From an uncultured Myxococcales bacterium (GTDB lineage: Bacteria; Myxococcota_A; UBA9160; SZUA-336): DNA of 59,123 nucleotides. A model generated the notes under the pieces. It searched no databases. It saw only the letters and a list, made by a program, of their open reading frames with translations, and was not told the origin of the DNA. Shown here piece after piece: positions 8,441 to 17,447 of the stretch (positions within the stretch are counted from its first letter, which is position 1; each line of letters begins with the position of its first letter). The position numbers and the translations under genes were made by a program. The stretch lies in contig CAZOTO010000001.1 of NCBI GenBank assembly GCA_964582775.1, positions 1 to 59,123 on the forward strand. Direction: 5' to 3'.

Positions 8441-9388
8441 TCATCTTCTCCGGCGAGAGTCCATCGTTTCCGATGGTCCGCCCTTCGACGAGCCGGTTTC
8501 GACTTCCTGCATCAGACGCTGGTAGCCTGCGAGGCGGCTGGGACGAATCTCCCCTGATTCTACCGCCGCACGAACCGCGCAGTCGGGCTCACGATCATGC
8601 CGGCAGTCGCGAAAACGGCAACGGGACGCCGCACGTGCAATGGAGGGATACACCCGATCGACCAAGGAGATATCCACGAATCCCGTTGCGATCTCACGCA
8701 CCCCCGGGGTGTCGATCACGACGGCGTCACCTGGCAGCCGAATCCATGTGGCCCGCGTGGTCGTGTGACGGCCGCGCCGCGCCTTCGTGAGCCCCGCCGT
8801 CTCGAGTCGCAGCTCTGGGTGCATGGCGTTCACGAGCGTCGTCTTCCCGACCCCGCTGTGGCCCGCAAGAACGGTTCGCGAGTGTGCGAGATGTGCAAGG
8901 AGGCGCCCCACTCCCTCGCCAGAGGACGCAGACGCCGGATAGACCGGAACGATCTCGCGATACGCGGCAATTTCGGGGGGAAGATCCCCATCGGGATCGA
9001 TCTGGTCGATCTTGTTTGCGATCAAGATCACCTCGAGCCCACCTGCATAGGCGGCCAACAGGAACCGATCGACGGCCCCTGAGCGAAAGGGCGGCTCACG
9101 TGCCGCAACCACGATGGCCAGTCGATCGATGTTCGCAGCGATGACATGCTCGCAGCGCATGCGAGGACGAAAGCGGGCGAGACGAGTACGACGTGGCAGG
9201 ATATCGAGCACGATGCCCCGTGCGAGCTCGAAGCTTACCTCGTCGCCCACAGCGAGCGATTGCTCCCGATGAGCATGTCTTCCGACGAGGCGCAACGAGT
9301 AAAGCTCATCACGCCATACGATCGTACAGCCTCCCCGAAACACAGATACGACGGTTCCCACTGCTTCGATCGGCTCTCGCGCACTCAT
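8441..9388 (-). CDS. rsgA: Ribosome small-subunit-dependent GTPase A
   Basis: ..ANIDRLAIVVAA..LIANKIDQ..LAGHSGVGKTTLVNAM..RGRHTTTRATWI..VIDTPGVREI..CRFRDCRHDREPDCAV. The circularly permuted GTPase and the zinc-knuckle motif are both present. ATG 9388 overlaps the upstream stop as ATGA. Confidence 0.9.
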   Translation of the reverse strand: MSAREPIEAVGTVVSVFRGGCTIVWRDELYSLRLVGRHAHREQSLAVGDEVSFELARGIVLDILPRRTRLARFRPRMRCEHVIAANIDRLAIVVAAREPPFRSGAVDRFLLAAYAGGLEVILIANKIDQIDPDGDLPPEIAAYREIVPVYPASASSGEGVGRLLAHLAHSRTVLAGHSGVGKTTLVNAMHPELRLETAGLTKARRGRHTTTRATWIRLPGDAVVIDTPGVREIATGFVDISLVDRVYPSIARAASRCRFRDCRHDREPDCAVRAAVESGEIRPSRLAGYQRLMQEVETGSSKGGPSETMDSRRRR

Positions 9389-10569
9389 CGACGGGACAGA
9401 TAACGCTCGGTCAGCAGATCCGGTCGGGAGCGAAGGTCGGTTTCCCGACCGCGCACGAGCACATGAACCGGCCACGAGGAGGGCTCAAGCGGGTCGCCGT
9501 TCCACACGACGATGTTCGCGACGGCGCCAGGGCGGATCTCGCCCGCATCGCTCCTTCCAAGAATCTCCGCCGGCACGCGACTGATTGCAGCAAGCGCGTC
9601 CGAATACGGGAAGCCCTCTGCTACGGCATTCCCTGCGGCGAGACGCAGTCGTGGCGCCCGAACGAAAGGATCTCTGCAGGTAAATGCGACCGTGACACCA
9701 GCCCTATGCATCCTCGCGGCAAGATCACGACGGCTGCGCAGCCGATCGAAGTTTCTTGGGAGGGTGTCGAGCGGATCGACGACGACGGGAACACCTGAAC
9801 GGGCGATCTCTCCGGCCACGATCCAGCCTTCGGCGACACCTGTGAGAATCGCGCGAAGACGGTAGTCGCGAGTGATCTCGAGTGCCGTCTGAATATCCGA
9901 CGCGCGATTCACCTCGAACAAGACGGGAAGCTCGCGAGACAATGCTCTTTCGAGCACTTGAAGATCCTGATGCGATGCGGAGAGATCGCGCAGCCTGCGG
10001 GTGAGATACGGGCCACGGTTGTCCCGATAGAGACGAGCATCCTCGAAAACCTCGCGAAGCCGCAGAAATGCCGCCGCGCGAGGCCCCTCCTGCGCAGATC
10101 CCTCGATCGCGAGCCGAAGCGCCACATCGCGGCGAACGATATTCGCCGGATCCGCTAGATCTGCCCAGAGCGCTAGGCCGGAGACGACCCCGCCGATCGG
10201 AACGACCACCGCCGAGGTGATTCCAGCGATTCGTGACTCGGGAAGCACGAGCGTGTGGGTGTCGAATGTATCCGCGACGCGAAGTGCGGCACGAACCGGG
10301 TCGCTCGCTGGTGGCAGGGTTGCCTCTACGCTGGAGCTCTCTAGGGCAACCTCTTCGACGCCTAGCCTGGATCCAACGTGAACGAAGCCCGGCGTGATCT
10401 GGCTCTCCCTTGCATCGATCACGAAGGCGCCACGCGGCACATCCACGTCAGGTCCGACCGCTACGATCCGGTCTCCGTCGATCAGTACCGTTGCATTCTC
10501 CAAAGCGGGACCCCGCCCCGTGTGAATGGTGCCTCCAACGATTGCCAGCGCGGCCAGCAGGCGAATCAT
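9385..10569 (-). CDS. Amidohydrolase-superfamily protein, secreted, with a degenerate first metal-binding motif
   Basis: 394 aa with signal-like N-terminus MIRLLAALAIVGG and TIHTGRGPALENATVLIDGDRIVAVG. The expected HxH position reads ITPGFVHVGSRLG. Overlaps the upstream gene by 4 nt. Confidence 0.75.
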   Translation of the reverse strand: MIRLLAALAIVGGTIHTGRGPALENATVLIDGDRIVAVGPDVDVPRGAFVIDARESQITPGFVHVGSRLGVEEVALESSSVEATLPPASDPVRAALRVADTFDTHTLVLPESRIAGITSAVVVPIGGVVSGLALWADLADPANIVRRDVALRLAIEGSAQEGPRAAAFLRLREVFEDARLYRDNRGPYLTRRLRDLSASHQDLQVLERALSRELPVLFEVNRASDIQTALEITRDYRLRAILTGVAEGWIVAGEIARSGVPVVVDPLDTLPRNFDRLRSRRDLAARMHRAGVTVAFTCRDPFVRAPRLRLAAGNAVAEGFPYSDALAAISRVPAEILGRSDAGEIRPGAVANIVVWNGDPLEPSSWPVHVLVRGRETDLRSRPDLLTERYLSRR

Positions 10570-11957
10570 GGGATCTCCCGGATCCCAAGCTCGAAGTCCG
10601 AGAGGGGAACGCGGGGCTCTGCGCGTTCGTACACCAGCTCTCCACCGACGAAAACCTGCTCCGCCCGCGCATACACGCTCAGCGGCTCATGCGACCAGAC
10701 CACCAGATCCGCCTCCTTTCCCGGCTCGAGCGTCCCGGTCCGATCGTCGATTCCGAGCACCCACGCAGCATTCACCGTAACCCATCGCAACGCTTGCTCG
10801 TGGCTCACGACGATTCCTGCGCGGATTCCCGCGGCTCGAGCCAGCGCCGCTTGTTGGTTGAGCCGCTCGATCTCGTGGGGCAAGTCGGAGTGGAGCGCTA
10901 CTCGCACACCGGCCCGCTGGAGAATTGCCGCAGCTGCAGGCACGGCGTCCCGTAGCTCCATCTTCCATCCGCCCCAGTCCGCCCAAACCACGGCGGCCAC
11001 TCCTGCACGCGCAAGCTGCGGAGCGATCTTGTATGCCTCCACCGCATGGTGGAAGGCACGAGGGCGGATTCCATACGCTTCGAGGACCTCGAGCCGCAGA
11101 AGCATCTCATCCGCGCGGTAGCAGTGATATTGAACAAGTAGATTGCCCGAGGCAACGCGCTTCATCGCCGCAGCCGCCCAATCGGAGGGCTTCCCATCTT
11201 TGGACTCGTACGCTCTGCCGCGATCGAGCGCAGAGCGCAGCAACGCGACCTCGGACATTCGCGTCGATGGCGCTCGCTTCGCGATCTGGCCATGCGAGCG
11301 CTTGGGGTTCTCGCCGCATGCCATCTTCATGCTGTTGGGAGCTCCAGGGAAGCGCATCTCGTGCGCAGAGAGCCGGGGAAGAAGCCGGAGGGTGACCCCC
11401 TGCCCACCCACTACGTTCGTCGAACCCGGGAGCACATGAATCGTCGTGACGCCGCCGGAGAGCGCTCGTTCGATCGCCGGATCCTGAGGCCAGAATGCAT
11501 CCATAGCCTGCAACTCCGGCGTCATTGGGTCTGTCGCCTCGTTACCATCGCGATGAGCCGGAACGTCTGGAAGTCCGTAGACCCCGACATGAGAGTGGGG
11601 ATCGATGAGCCCAGGGGTGATCCAGCGCCCCTTCGCGTCGATCACCTTCGCATCGGGTGGAGCCTCGAGCGATGCCCCGACTGCTGCGATCCGGCCGCCA
11701 CGAATCAGAACATCCCCATCGGCGATGGTCCGACCTGCCGCAGTCATCACGGTTGCCCCACGAAGGAACATCGCGGGCTCTCGGGGCGCTCCGACAAGCG
11801 GAGTGGGATCCGCAGGGTCACCCAGAGCCGCAGCCTCCGATGCGATCGGATCTCGCTCCGAACGCGCCCAAGGAACCTCGAAGGCCACACAGCCTGCGGC
11901 CAGTAGACTGCACGCAAGAGCCCAATACTCGGATCCCGTCCAGCGCATGCAGCGCAT
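10566..11957 (-). CDS. Amidohydrolase-superfamily metallohydrolase, lipoprotein-like signal
   Basis: 463 aa: LLAAGC lipobox-like N-terminus, ..VLIRGGRIAAVG..VIDAKGRWITPGLIDPHSHVGV (HxH present)..ALHSDLPHE.. Confidence 0.82.
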   Translation of the reverse strand: MRCMRWTGSEYWALACSLLAAGCVAFEVPWARSERDPIASEAAALGDPADPTPLVGAPREPAMFLRGATVMTAAGRTIADGDVLIRGGRIAAVGASLEAPPDAKVIDAKGRWITPGLIDPHSHVGVYGLPDVPAHRDGNEATDPMTPELQAMDAFWPQDPAIERALSGGVTTIHVLPGSTNVVGGQGVTLRLLPRLSAHEMRFPGAPNSMKMACGENPKRSHGQIAKRAPSTRMSEVALLRSALDRGRAYESKDGKPSDWAAAAMKRVASGNLLVQYHCYRADEMLLRLEVLEAYGIRPRAFHHAVEAYKIAPQLARAGVAAVVWADWGGWKMELRDAVPAAAAILQRAGVRVALHSDLPHEIERLNQQAALARAAGIRAGIVVSHEQALRWVTVNAAWVLGIDDRTGTLEPGKEADLVVWSHEPLSVYARAEQVFVGGELVYERAEPRVPLSDFELGIREIP

Positions 11958-11992
11958 TGTAGCGCCAGCATGCCCGGGACCGAGAAGTCGTC

Positions 11993-12298
11993 CTACGCCT
12001 TGATGTCGATCAGGCTCCCGAGGAGATCGAGCTGGGTGGTAGCGACGCGAAGGGATGCTTCGGACTGCAATCGGCCGAGGCTTGCTTCGACCAACTCAAG
12101 GGCGACATCCACCGGAATCGGATTGCCACTCCTCTCGACCAGCGTTTCGGACCCGCCCTCGGCTCGCGAGATCTGAACCGTCCGCAAGGGATCGAACCGT
12201 TCGGTGAGGAGATTCGCCACGTTGTGGCTCGCGACCCCAAGGCGCCGAACCCCAGACCGACTGCCGGAAACGGATGCGGAGAGTGCATCTACGCCCAC
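11993..12298 (-). CDS. Short (~101 aa) flagellar basal-body rod family protein (FlgB/FlgC-like termini only)
   Basis: From GTG 12298: MGVDALSASVSGSRSGVRRLGVASHNVANLLT.. matches the rod N-terminal signature (..a.NiAN). ..VDVALELVEASLGRLQSEASLRVATTQLDLLGSLIDIKA matches the rod C-terminal heptad motif. The N-terminal 72 aa of the longest ORF (from 12514) are Arg/Pro-rich and look non-coding. Confidence 0.5.
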   Translation of the reverse strand: MGVDALSASVSGSRSGVRRLGVASHNVANLLTERFDPLRTVQISRAEGGSETLVERSGNPIPVDVALELVEASLGRLQSEASLRVATTQLDLLGSLIDIKA

Positions 12299-13188
12299 GG
12301 TTCTGGCCCCCTTCCCCTTCGATCGGCGCGCGCCCGAGCGACCATCTGGCCCACGCCGCATGCATCGGGGCGGGAGATTCGACTCTTGAGCTTCGCAATC
12401 CCTCAAGGAGCGCGGTTGTCCATCCGGAGGGCGGCGCAGAAGGGGATGAGCCGCGGAGGCGATCCGACAGGGAGAGGGGCGGCAGCTCCTCCGCGAGGTT
12501 CCGGCCATGCACATCGATGACCTCGGCGGTTAGCGAGTTCTCCTCCTCCCCCCAACATCGGCTGCGCCCGGAACCGCGCGGGAAGCGGCGGACTCCTCGA
12601 ACACGGCCGCTGCGCCAAGAGCGCTGGGGGGAGCAGGGGCGAAGAGCAACGAGGCGGAGTCGGGCGCAAGCGACGATCGAATCGCGACGGCCCGCATCCT
12701 CGCCGCGCGAGTGCGGCTTCCCACTCCCGAGGATGTCTTCGCCTCCGCCGAAGAGGTCATTCGAGAGAGCCTAGCCGCGCGATCGCGCCTACCCCGTCTC
12801 GATGATTTGCTTCTCATCGGCGGCCTGCCGGATCGATCCTCCTTGGCCGCAGAGGGCGCCGTCGACGGTCGCGCACAGGGGATCGAGTCCGCGGGGCGAC
12901 GAGACTCCGAGACCGTGGAGGGGGCGGACGAACACGAGCGCGTCAGCGCAGTGGCACCAAGTGCCGCACCGCTACCCGGATCCCGCTGCTAGCGAAAATC
13001 GCACCGTCGGGATCCGGCACCTGCTCAGTACCTCGAAGACCACGGCGGTTCCAGAGCGTATGTTGAGCATGACGGGCCTCTCGGGCGCCCATTCCAGAAC
13101 CGATCTGGTAGCGCGTCATCTCGGTGGATCGCGGGAGCGAGACCCCTGCTCGGAGCCGCGATAGTGCGCATTGAGTTGGCTGCTGAGC

Positions 13189-13854
13189 TCAATCGCGGCT
13201 GGAATCAGCCGGTAACGTGAAGAAGAAGCGCGCACCACGCCCTTCTTCCGACTCGACCCAGATCCTTCCGCCCTGCATCGCGACGAGCTTCGAGCAGATG
13301 GCCAAGCCAAGCCCGCTGCCCGATCGCTCGCCGGGGTGGGCTCTCTCCAAGGCGCGAAAGATACGCACATGGTGCTCCGGAGAGATCCCGATCCCACGAT
13401 CCGCCACGCAGAGCACGACTTCGCCGCCCACGCGTTCACCGCTCACACGCACCCGGGGCGAAGTACTGCCGCAGAATCGAACCGCATTGGCGATCAGATT
13501 CTGGAAGATGCGCGCAACGAACAGGGCATCGGCCCGCACCCGCGGAAGTGGTGTCATCTCGATCGACGCGGATGAATCCTCGATCCGCTTCCTGAGATTG
13601 GCGATCGCCCAACCCACGGACTCGGATGGGTCGATGCCCTCGAGCTCGGGCTGCCTCGCGCCCGCACGAGCATAGTGAAGCAGATCTTCGACCAGCTGAC
13701 GGGCACGCCTGGCCTGACCGAGCGCCACGGCCCGGGTATGCGGATCTCCCTCGAGCTGACCGAGCAGGTGCTCCAGGTTACGGAGCGGCTCGTCCAAGTC
13801 GTGCGCCAAGGAACTCATGAGCGCTTCAAGCTCGTGGATTCTTCCCTCGCTCAT
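13189..13854 (-). CDS. Soluble histidine kinase core (HisKA + HATPase_c) with no sensor or TM domain
   Basis: From ATG 13854 (GGAG directly upstream): MSEGRIHELEALMSSLAHDLDEPLRNL (H-box)..FQNLIANAVRF (N-box)..VADRGIGI (G1)..GSGLGLAICSKLV (G2). About 221 aa. Confidence 0.85.
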   Translation of the reverse strand: MSEGRIHELEALMSSLAHDLDEPLRNLEHLLGQLEGDPHTRAVALGQARRARQLVEDLLHYARAGARQPELEGIDPSESVGWAIANLRKRIEDSSASIEMTPLPRVRADALFVARIFQNLIANAVRFCGSTSPRVRVSGERVGGEVVLCVADRGIGISPEHHVRIFRALERAHPGERSGSGLGLAICSKLVAMQGGRIWVESEEGRGARFFFTLPADSSRD

Positions 13855-13964
13855 CTCCAGTTCTCGGTTCCTCTGCCCACGCGCCGTAGGGTAGCCTGAA
13901 CCCGCCCATCCAGCGCAAGCGCGGAAACCTGCACCGGTCCAAGGCCATCGATCCGGTACCCGGC

Positions 13965-16900
13965 GTGCATCCCAGCCCCCCCCAACGGACGCACTCCATC
14001 CAGCAGCAATCCCATGGAGACCATCCAGCATTGAAGCCCGAAGCACCAGGGGCCACGCCGCCCTTCTTCACGCGAGTCGTCGACATCTTCCTCAAGGGAA
14101 AGCTCTCGCCCTTGCTGATCGCGTTATCCCTCCTCGCGGGAGCCGTCTCCCTAGGCATCACTCCCCGAGAAGAGGAGCCGCAGATCGTCGTACCGATGGC
14201 GGACGTGCTCGTAACCGCCCCGGGGCTCTCGAGTGAGGAGATCGAGCGCCACATATCGACACGACTTGAAAAGCTTCTGCTTCAGATCGATGGTGTCGAA
14301 CACGTGTACTCGATGTCGCGCCCTGAGGAAGCGGTGATCACGGTACGATTTTATGTTGGAGAGGACCGCGAAGACAGCCTGATCAAGCTTCACAACAAGA
14401 TCGAGTCGCACCGGGATTGGGTTCCAAATAGCGTGACCTCGTGGGTCGTCAAGCCGATCGAGATCGATGACGTTCCCATCGTGATCGCAACGCTTTGGAG
14501 TGACCGGCCTACCGAGATCGATGACTACGCCCTCCGCCGCATCGCCGAAGAGCTCGAAATCGAGCTCCAGTCCGTTCCTCAGACCAATCGCACCGCGATC
14601 ACCGGCGGCCGTAAACGCACTGTTAGAGTAGAGCTCGAACCCGAAACCCTCGCCGCCCGCCAAACGACGCCTCTCGACGTCGCATGGGCACTCGCGGTAT
14701 CGAACGTGCAGAGCAGAGCTGGTGAATTCGATCGGCGTGATACGACCATTCCAGTGGACGGAGGGGAGCATCTTCAGGACATTCCATCGCTGGAACGGCT
14801 CACCGTGAACGTGGTGAATGGATCTCCGGTATTCCTGAAAGACATCGCGAACGTAGTCGATGGACCTGCCGAACGATCCAGCTACACATGGTTTGCATTC
14901 GGTCCGGCATCACTGAGGACCAGCGCACATGAGAGCTACATGGCCCCCGGATCCTTGACACCAGCCGTCCACATCTCGATCGCCAAGCAGAAGGGCTCCA
15001 ACGCAGTTTCTGTTGCGAATCTCATCGAGGAGCGGATCGCACAGCTCGAGAGAACCCATCTTCCCCATGGGGTTCACCTCCGCATCACCCGAAACTACGG
15101 AGAAACCGCAAATGAAAAGGTCGCCGAGCTCGTCGAAGCCCTTGCCGTCGCGATCATCATCGTCATCGGACTCATCGCGATCGCGATGGGCTGGCGCGAG
15201 GCGCTCGTTGTCGCCATATCCGTTCCGATCACCTTCTCACTCGTTCTTTTCTTCAACTGGCTCGCTGGATACACGATCAACCGCGTTACGCTTTTCGCGC
15301 TGATTTTATCGTTGGGACTCGTGGTGGACGATCCCATCGTGGATGTCGAGAACATCCACCGTCATCTGTCCAAGAAGACGGAGCCTCCGCTTCGCGCCGT
15401 ACGAACCGCAGTCAACGAGGTTCGCCCACCGATTCTGCTGGCTACCGCCGCAGTCATCGTCTCGTTTCTACCCATGCTGTTCATCACAGACATGATGGGC
15501 CCCTACATGCGACCGATGGCCATCAATGTTCCTGTTGCCATGGCTTCCTCGATGCTTGTGGCCTTCACGATCACGCCATGGCTCTCCTATCATGTCATGC
15601 GCTCGAAGGCGTCGCCGATCCAAAAGGCGGACAACACCAATAAACCAATCGATGACTCGGGATTAAGACGTGGCTACACCCGAATTCTTGAGCCCTTTCT
15701 CGAGAATCGAGGTAAGGCACTGTTACTGTTGGCGACCACGGCATTCCTGTTCTTCGCGGCTCTGCTGCTGGCCGGACTTCGACTGGTTCCGCTCAAAATG
15801 CTTCCCTTTGATAACAAGGACGAGTTCCAAGTCGTACTCGATGCACCCGAAGGGACGACACTCGAGCGCACCGATGCGATAGCACGCCGCATGGCGCTCG
15901 AGATCGCACGAGCTTCTGAAGTCCGTGATCTCAGCATCTTCTCAGGAATCGCCAGTCCAATGGACTTCAATGGGCTCGTCCGCCACTACTTCTTGAGAGA
16001 AGGCCCGGAAGTCGCAGACATTCGGGTAAATCTTGCTGAGAAGCGTTCCAGGATGAAGGGAAGCCACGATATTCTCCTTCGTCTTCGCCCGAGGCTCGAA
16101 GTCATCGCGCGCGAAGAGGGCGTACGCATTGCACTCGTCGAGACCCCTCCAGGCCCCCCCGTTCTTTCGACAATCGTCGCCGAGGTCTACGGTTCCCCTC
16201 AGACTCGATACGAGCAGATACGCGATGCTACGCTCCGCGTAGGGAGTCGGCTATCAAGGGAGCCGCTTGTTTCGGACGTGGATACGAGTGTCGAATCCGC
16301 ACATGACCGCCTTCTCTTCGTGGTGGACAAGGAGAAGGCAGCGCTTTCCGGTATTTCGACCGACGACGTGACGCAAACACTTCGAATTGCGCTGCGTGGG
16401 CTCGATGCGGCACAACTTCACGTTCGAGGAGAGGTGAACCCTCTCCTGATTCGCCTGCAGCTCCCGCGTAAGTGGCGCTCGGGAGAGGAACATCTCTCAG
16501 CCCTCACTCTCAAGGGCCGCCCCGGCGTTGCGAAAATTCGCCAGGGCGGAGGGGTACACGATGCCCCTCTTCCGCTTGTTCGCTTGGGCGAGTTAGGCAG
16601 ATTCCAACGCGTGGAGGCGGAGAGAGTCATCTACCACAAAAATCTCCAACGGGTCTCCTACGTGTATGCCGAACCCGTCGGCCGATCTCCCGCCGAAGCG
16701 ATCATCGATGTCGGAGCTGATCGGATCCGAGTCGATCAAACCGTGAGTACTCGCGACAATGGCCCGATACCGCTCGAAGCGCGCACCTACTTCCGAAACG
16801 GCGGGGGCGATTTCTGGTCGTTACCGGATGATATTACGGTTCAGTGGAATGGTGAGGGTGAGTGGAAGATCACTCTCGACGTGTTTCGCGATCTCGGAAT

Positions 16901-17447
16901 CGCGTTTGGTGTTGCACTATTGGGCATATATCTCCTTCTACTGTACCAGACGAGTAGCTATCTGATGCCTCTCGTCTTGATGATCTCGATTCCTTTGACC
17001 TTGATTGGCATCATGCCAGGTTTCTGGATATTGAACCTGCTTGCGGGTGGAGGCGCGGAGGGGATCCCAACTCCCGTGTACTTTACCGCAACTGCAATGA
17101 TCGGAATGATCGCATTGGCCGGAATTTCGGTTCGCAATTCGATTCTCCTGATCGAGTTCTTGCACGTTGATCTTGCACGAGGACGCTCCCTCGTAGATTC
17201 GCTCATCTCGGCAGGCTCCATGCGCACGCGCGCGATCCTTCTCACGGCTGGCACCGCCGTACTCGCTGCGGTTCCCATCACCCTCGATCCAATCTTCTCT
17301 GGACTCGCGTGGGCGCTGATCTTCGGTCTTGCCGTTTCGACTGCCTTCACCCTAGTCGTCGTTCCTATCGCCTATTACCTGATCTACGCGGGTCGGGACG
17401 GTCATGGACTCGAAAGAGAGGCTCATCGCGAGGAGGACATCGCATGA
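13965..17447 (+). CDS. RND efflux transporter permease (AcrB/HAE-like)
   Basis: 1160 aa, 12-TM RND layout. TM4 motif LSLGLVVDDPIVDVENIHRHL resembles the AcrB VDDAIVVVEN. The N-terminal ~30 aa of the ORF may be an over-extension. Confidence 0.9.
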   Translation: MHPSPPQRTHSIQQQSHGDHPALKPEAPGATPPFFTRVVDIFLKGKLSPLLIALSLLAGAVSLGITPREEEPQIVVPMADVLVTAPGLSSEEIERHISTRLEKLLLQIDGVEHVYSMSRPEEAVITVRFYVGEDREDSLIKLHNKIESHRDWVPNSVTSWVVKPIEIDDVPIVIATLWSDRPTEIDDYALRRIAEELEIELQSVPQTNRTAITGGRKRTVRVELEPETLAARQTTPLDVAWALAVSNVQSRAGEFDRRDTTIPVDGGEHLQDIPSLERLTVNVVNGSPVFLKDIANVVDGPAERSSYTWFAFGPASLRTSAHESYMAPGSLTPAVHISIAKQKGSNAVSVANLIEERIAQLERTHLPHGVHLRITRNYGETANEKVAELVEALAVAIIIVIGLIAIAMGWREALVVAISVPITFSLVLFFNWLAGYTINRVTLFALILSLGLVVDDPIVDVENIHRHLSKKTEPPLRAVRTAVNEVRPPILLATAAVIVSFLPMLFITDMMGPYMRPMAINVPVAMASSMLVAFTITPWLSYHVMRSKASPIQKADNTNKPIDDSGLRRGYTRILEPFLENRGKALLLLATTAFLFFAALLLAGLRLVPLKMLPFDNKDEFQVVLDAPEGTTLERTDAIARRMALEIARASEVRDLSIFSGIASPMDFNGLVRHYFLREGPEVADIRVNLAEKRSRMKGSHDILLRLRPRLEVIAREEGVRIALVETPPGPPVLSTIVAEVYGSPQTRYEQIRDATLRVGSRLSREPLVSDVDTSVESAHDRLLFVVDKEKAALSGISTDDVTQTLRIALRGLDAAQLHVRGEVNPLLIRLQLPRKWRSGEEHLSALTLKGRPGVAKIRQGGGVHDAPLPLVRLGELGRFQRVEAERVIYHKNLQRVSYVYAEPVGRSPAEAIIDVGADRIRVDQTVSTRDNGPIPLEARTYFRNGGGDFWSLPDDITVQWNGEGEWKITLDVFRDLGIAFGVALLGIYLLLLYQTSSYLMPLVLMISIPLTLIGIMPGFWILNLLAGGGAEGIPTPVYFTATAMIGMIALAGISVRNSILLIEFLHVDLARGRSLVDSLISAGSMRTRAILLTAGTAVLAAVPITLDPIFSGLAWALIFGLAVSTAFTLVVVPIAYYLIYAGRDGHGLEREAHREEDIA

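Noticed and set aside
12534-12992. Open + frame (93 aa from GTG 12711) in the coding-poor gap
   Set aside because: It is low-complexity Ala/Arg/Glu-rich, has no canonical start for the first 59 codons, has no motif, and runs opposite to both neighbours. It is reported as part of the gap finding, not as a CDS.
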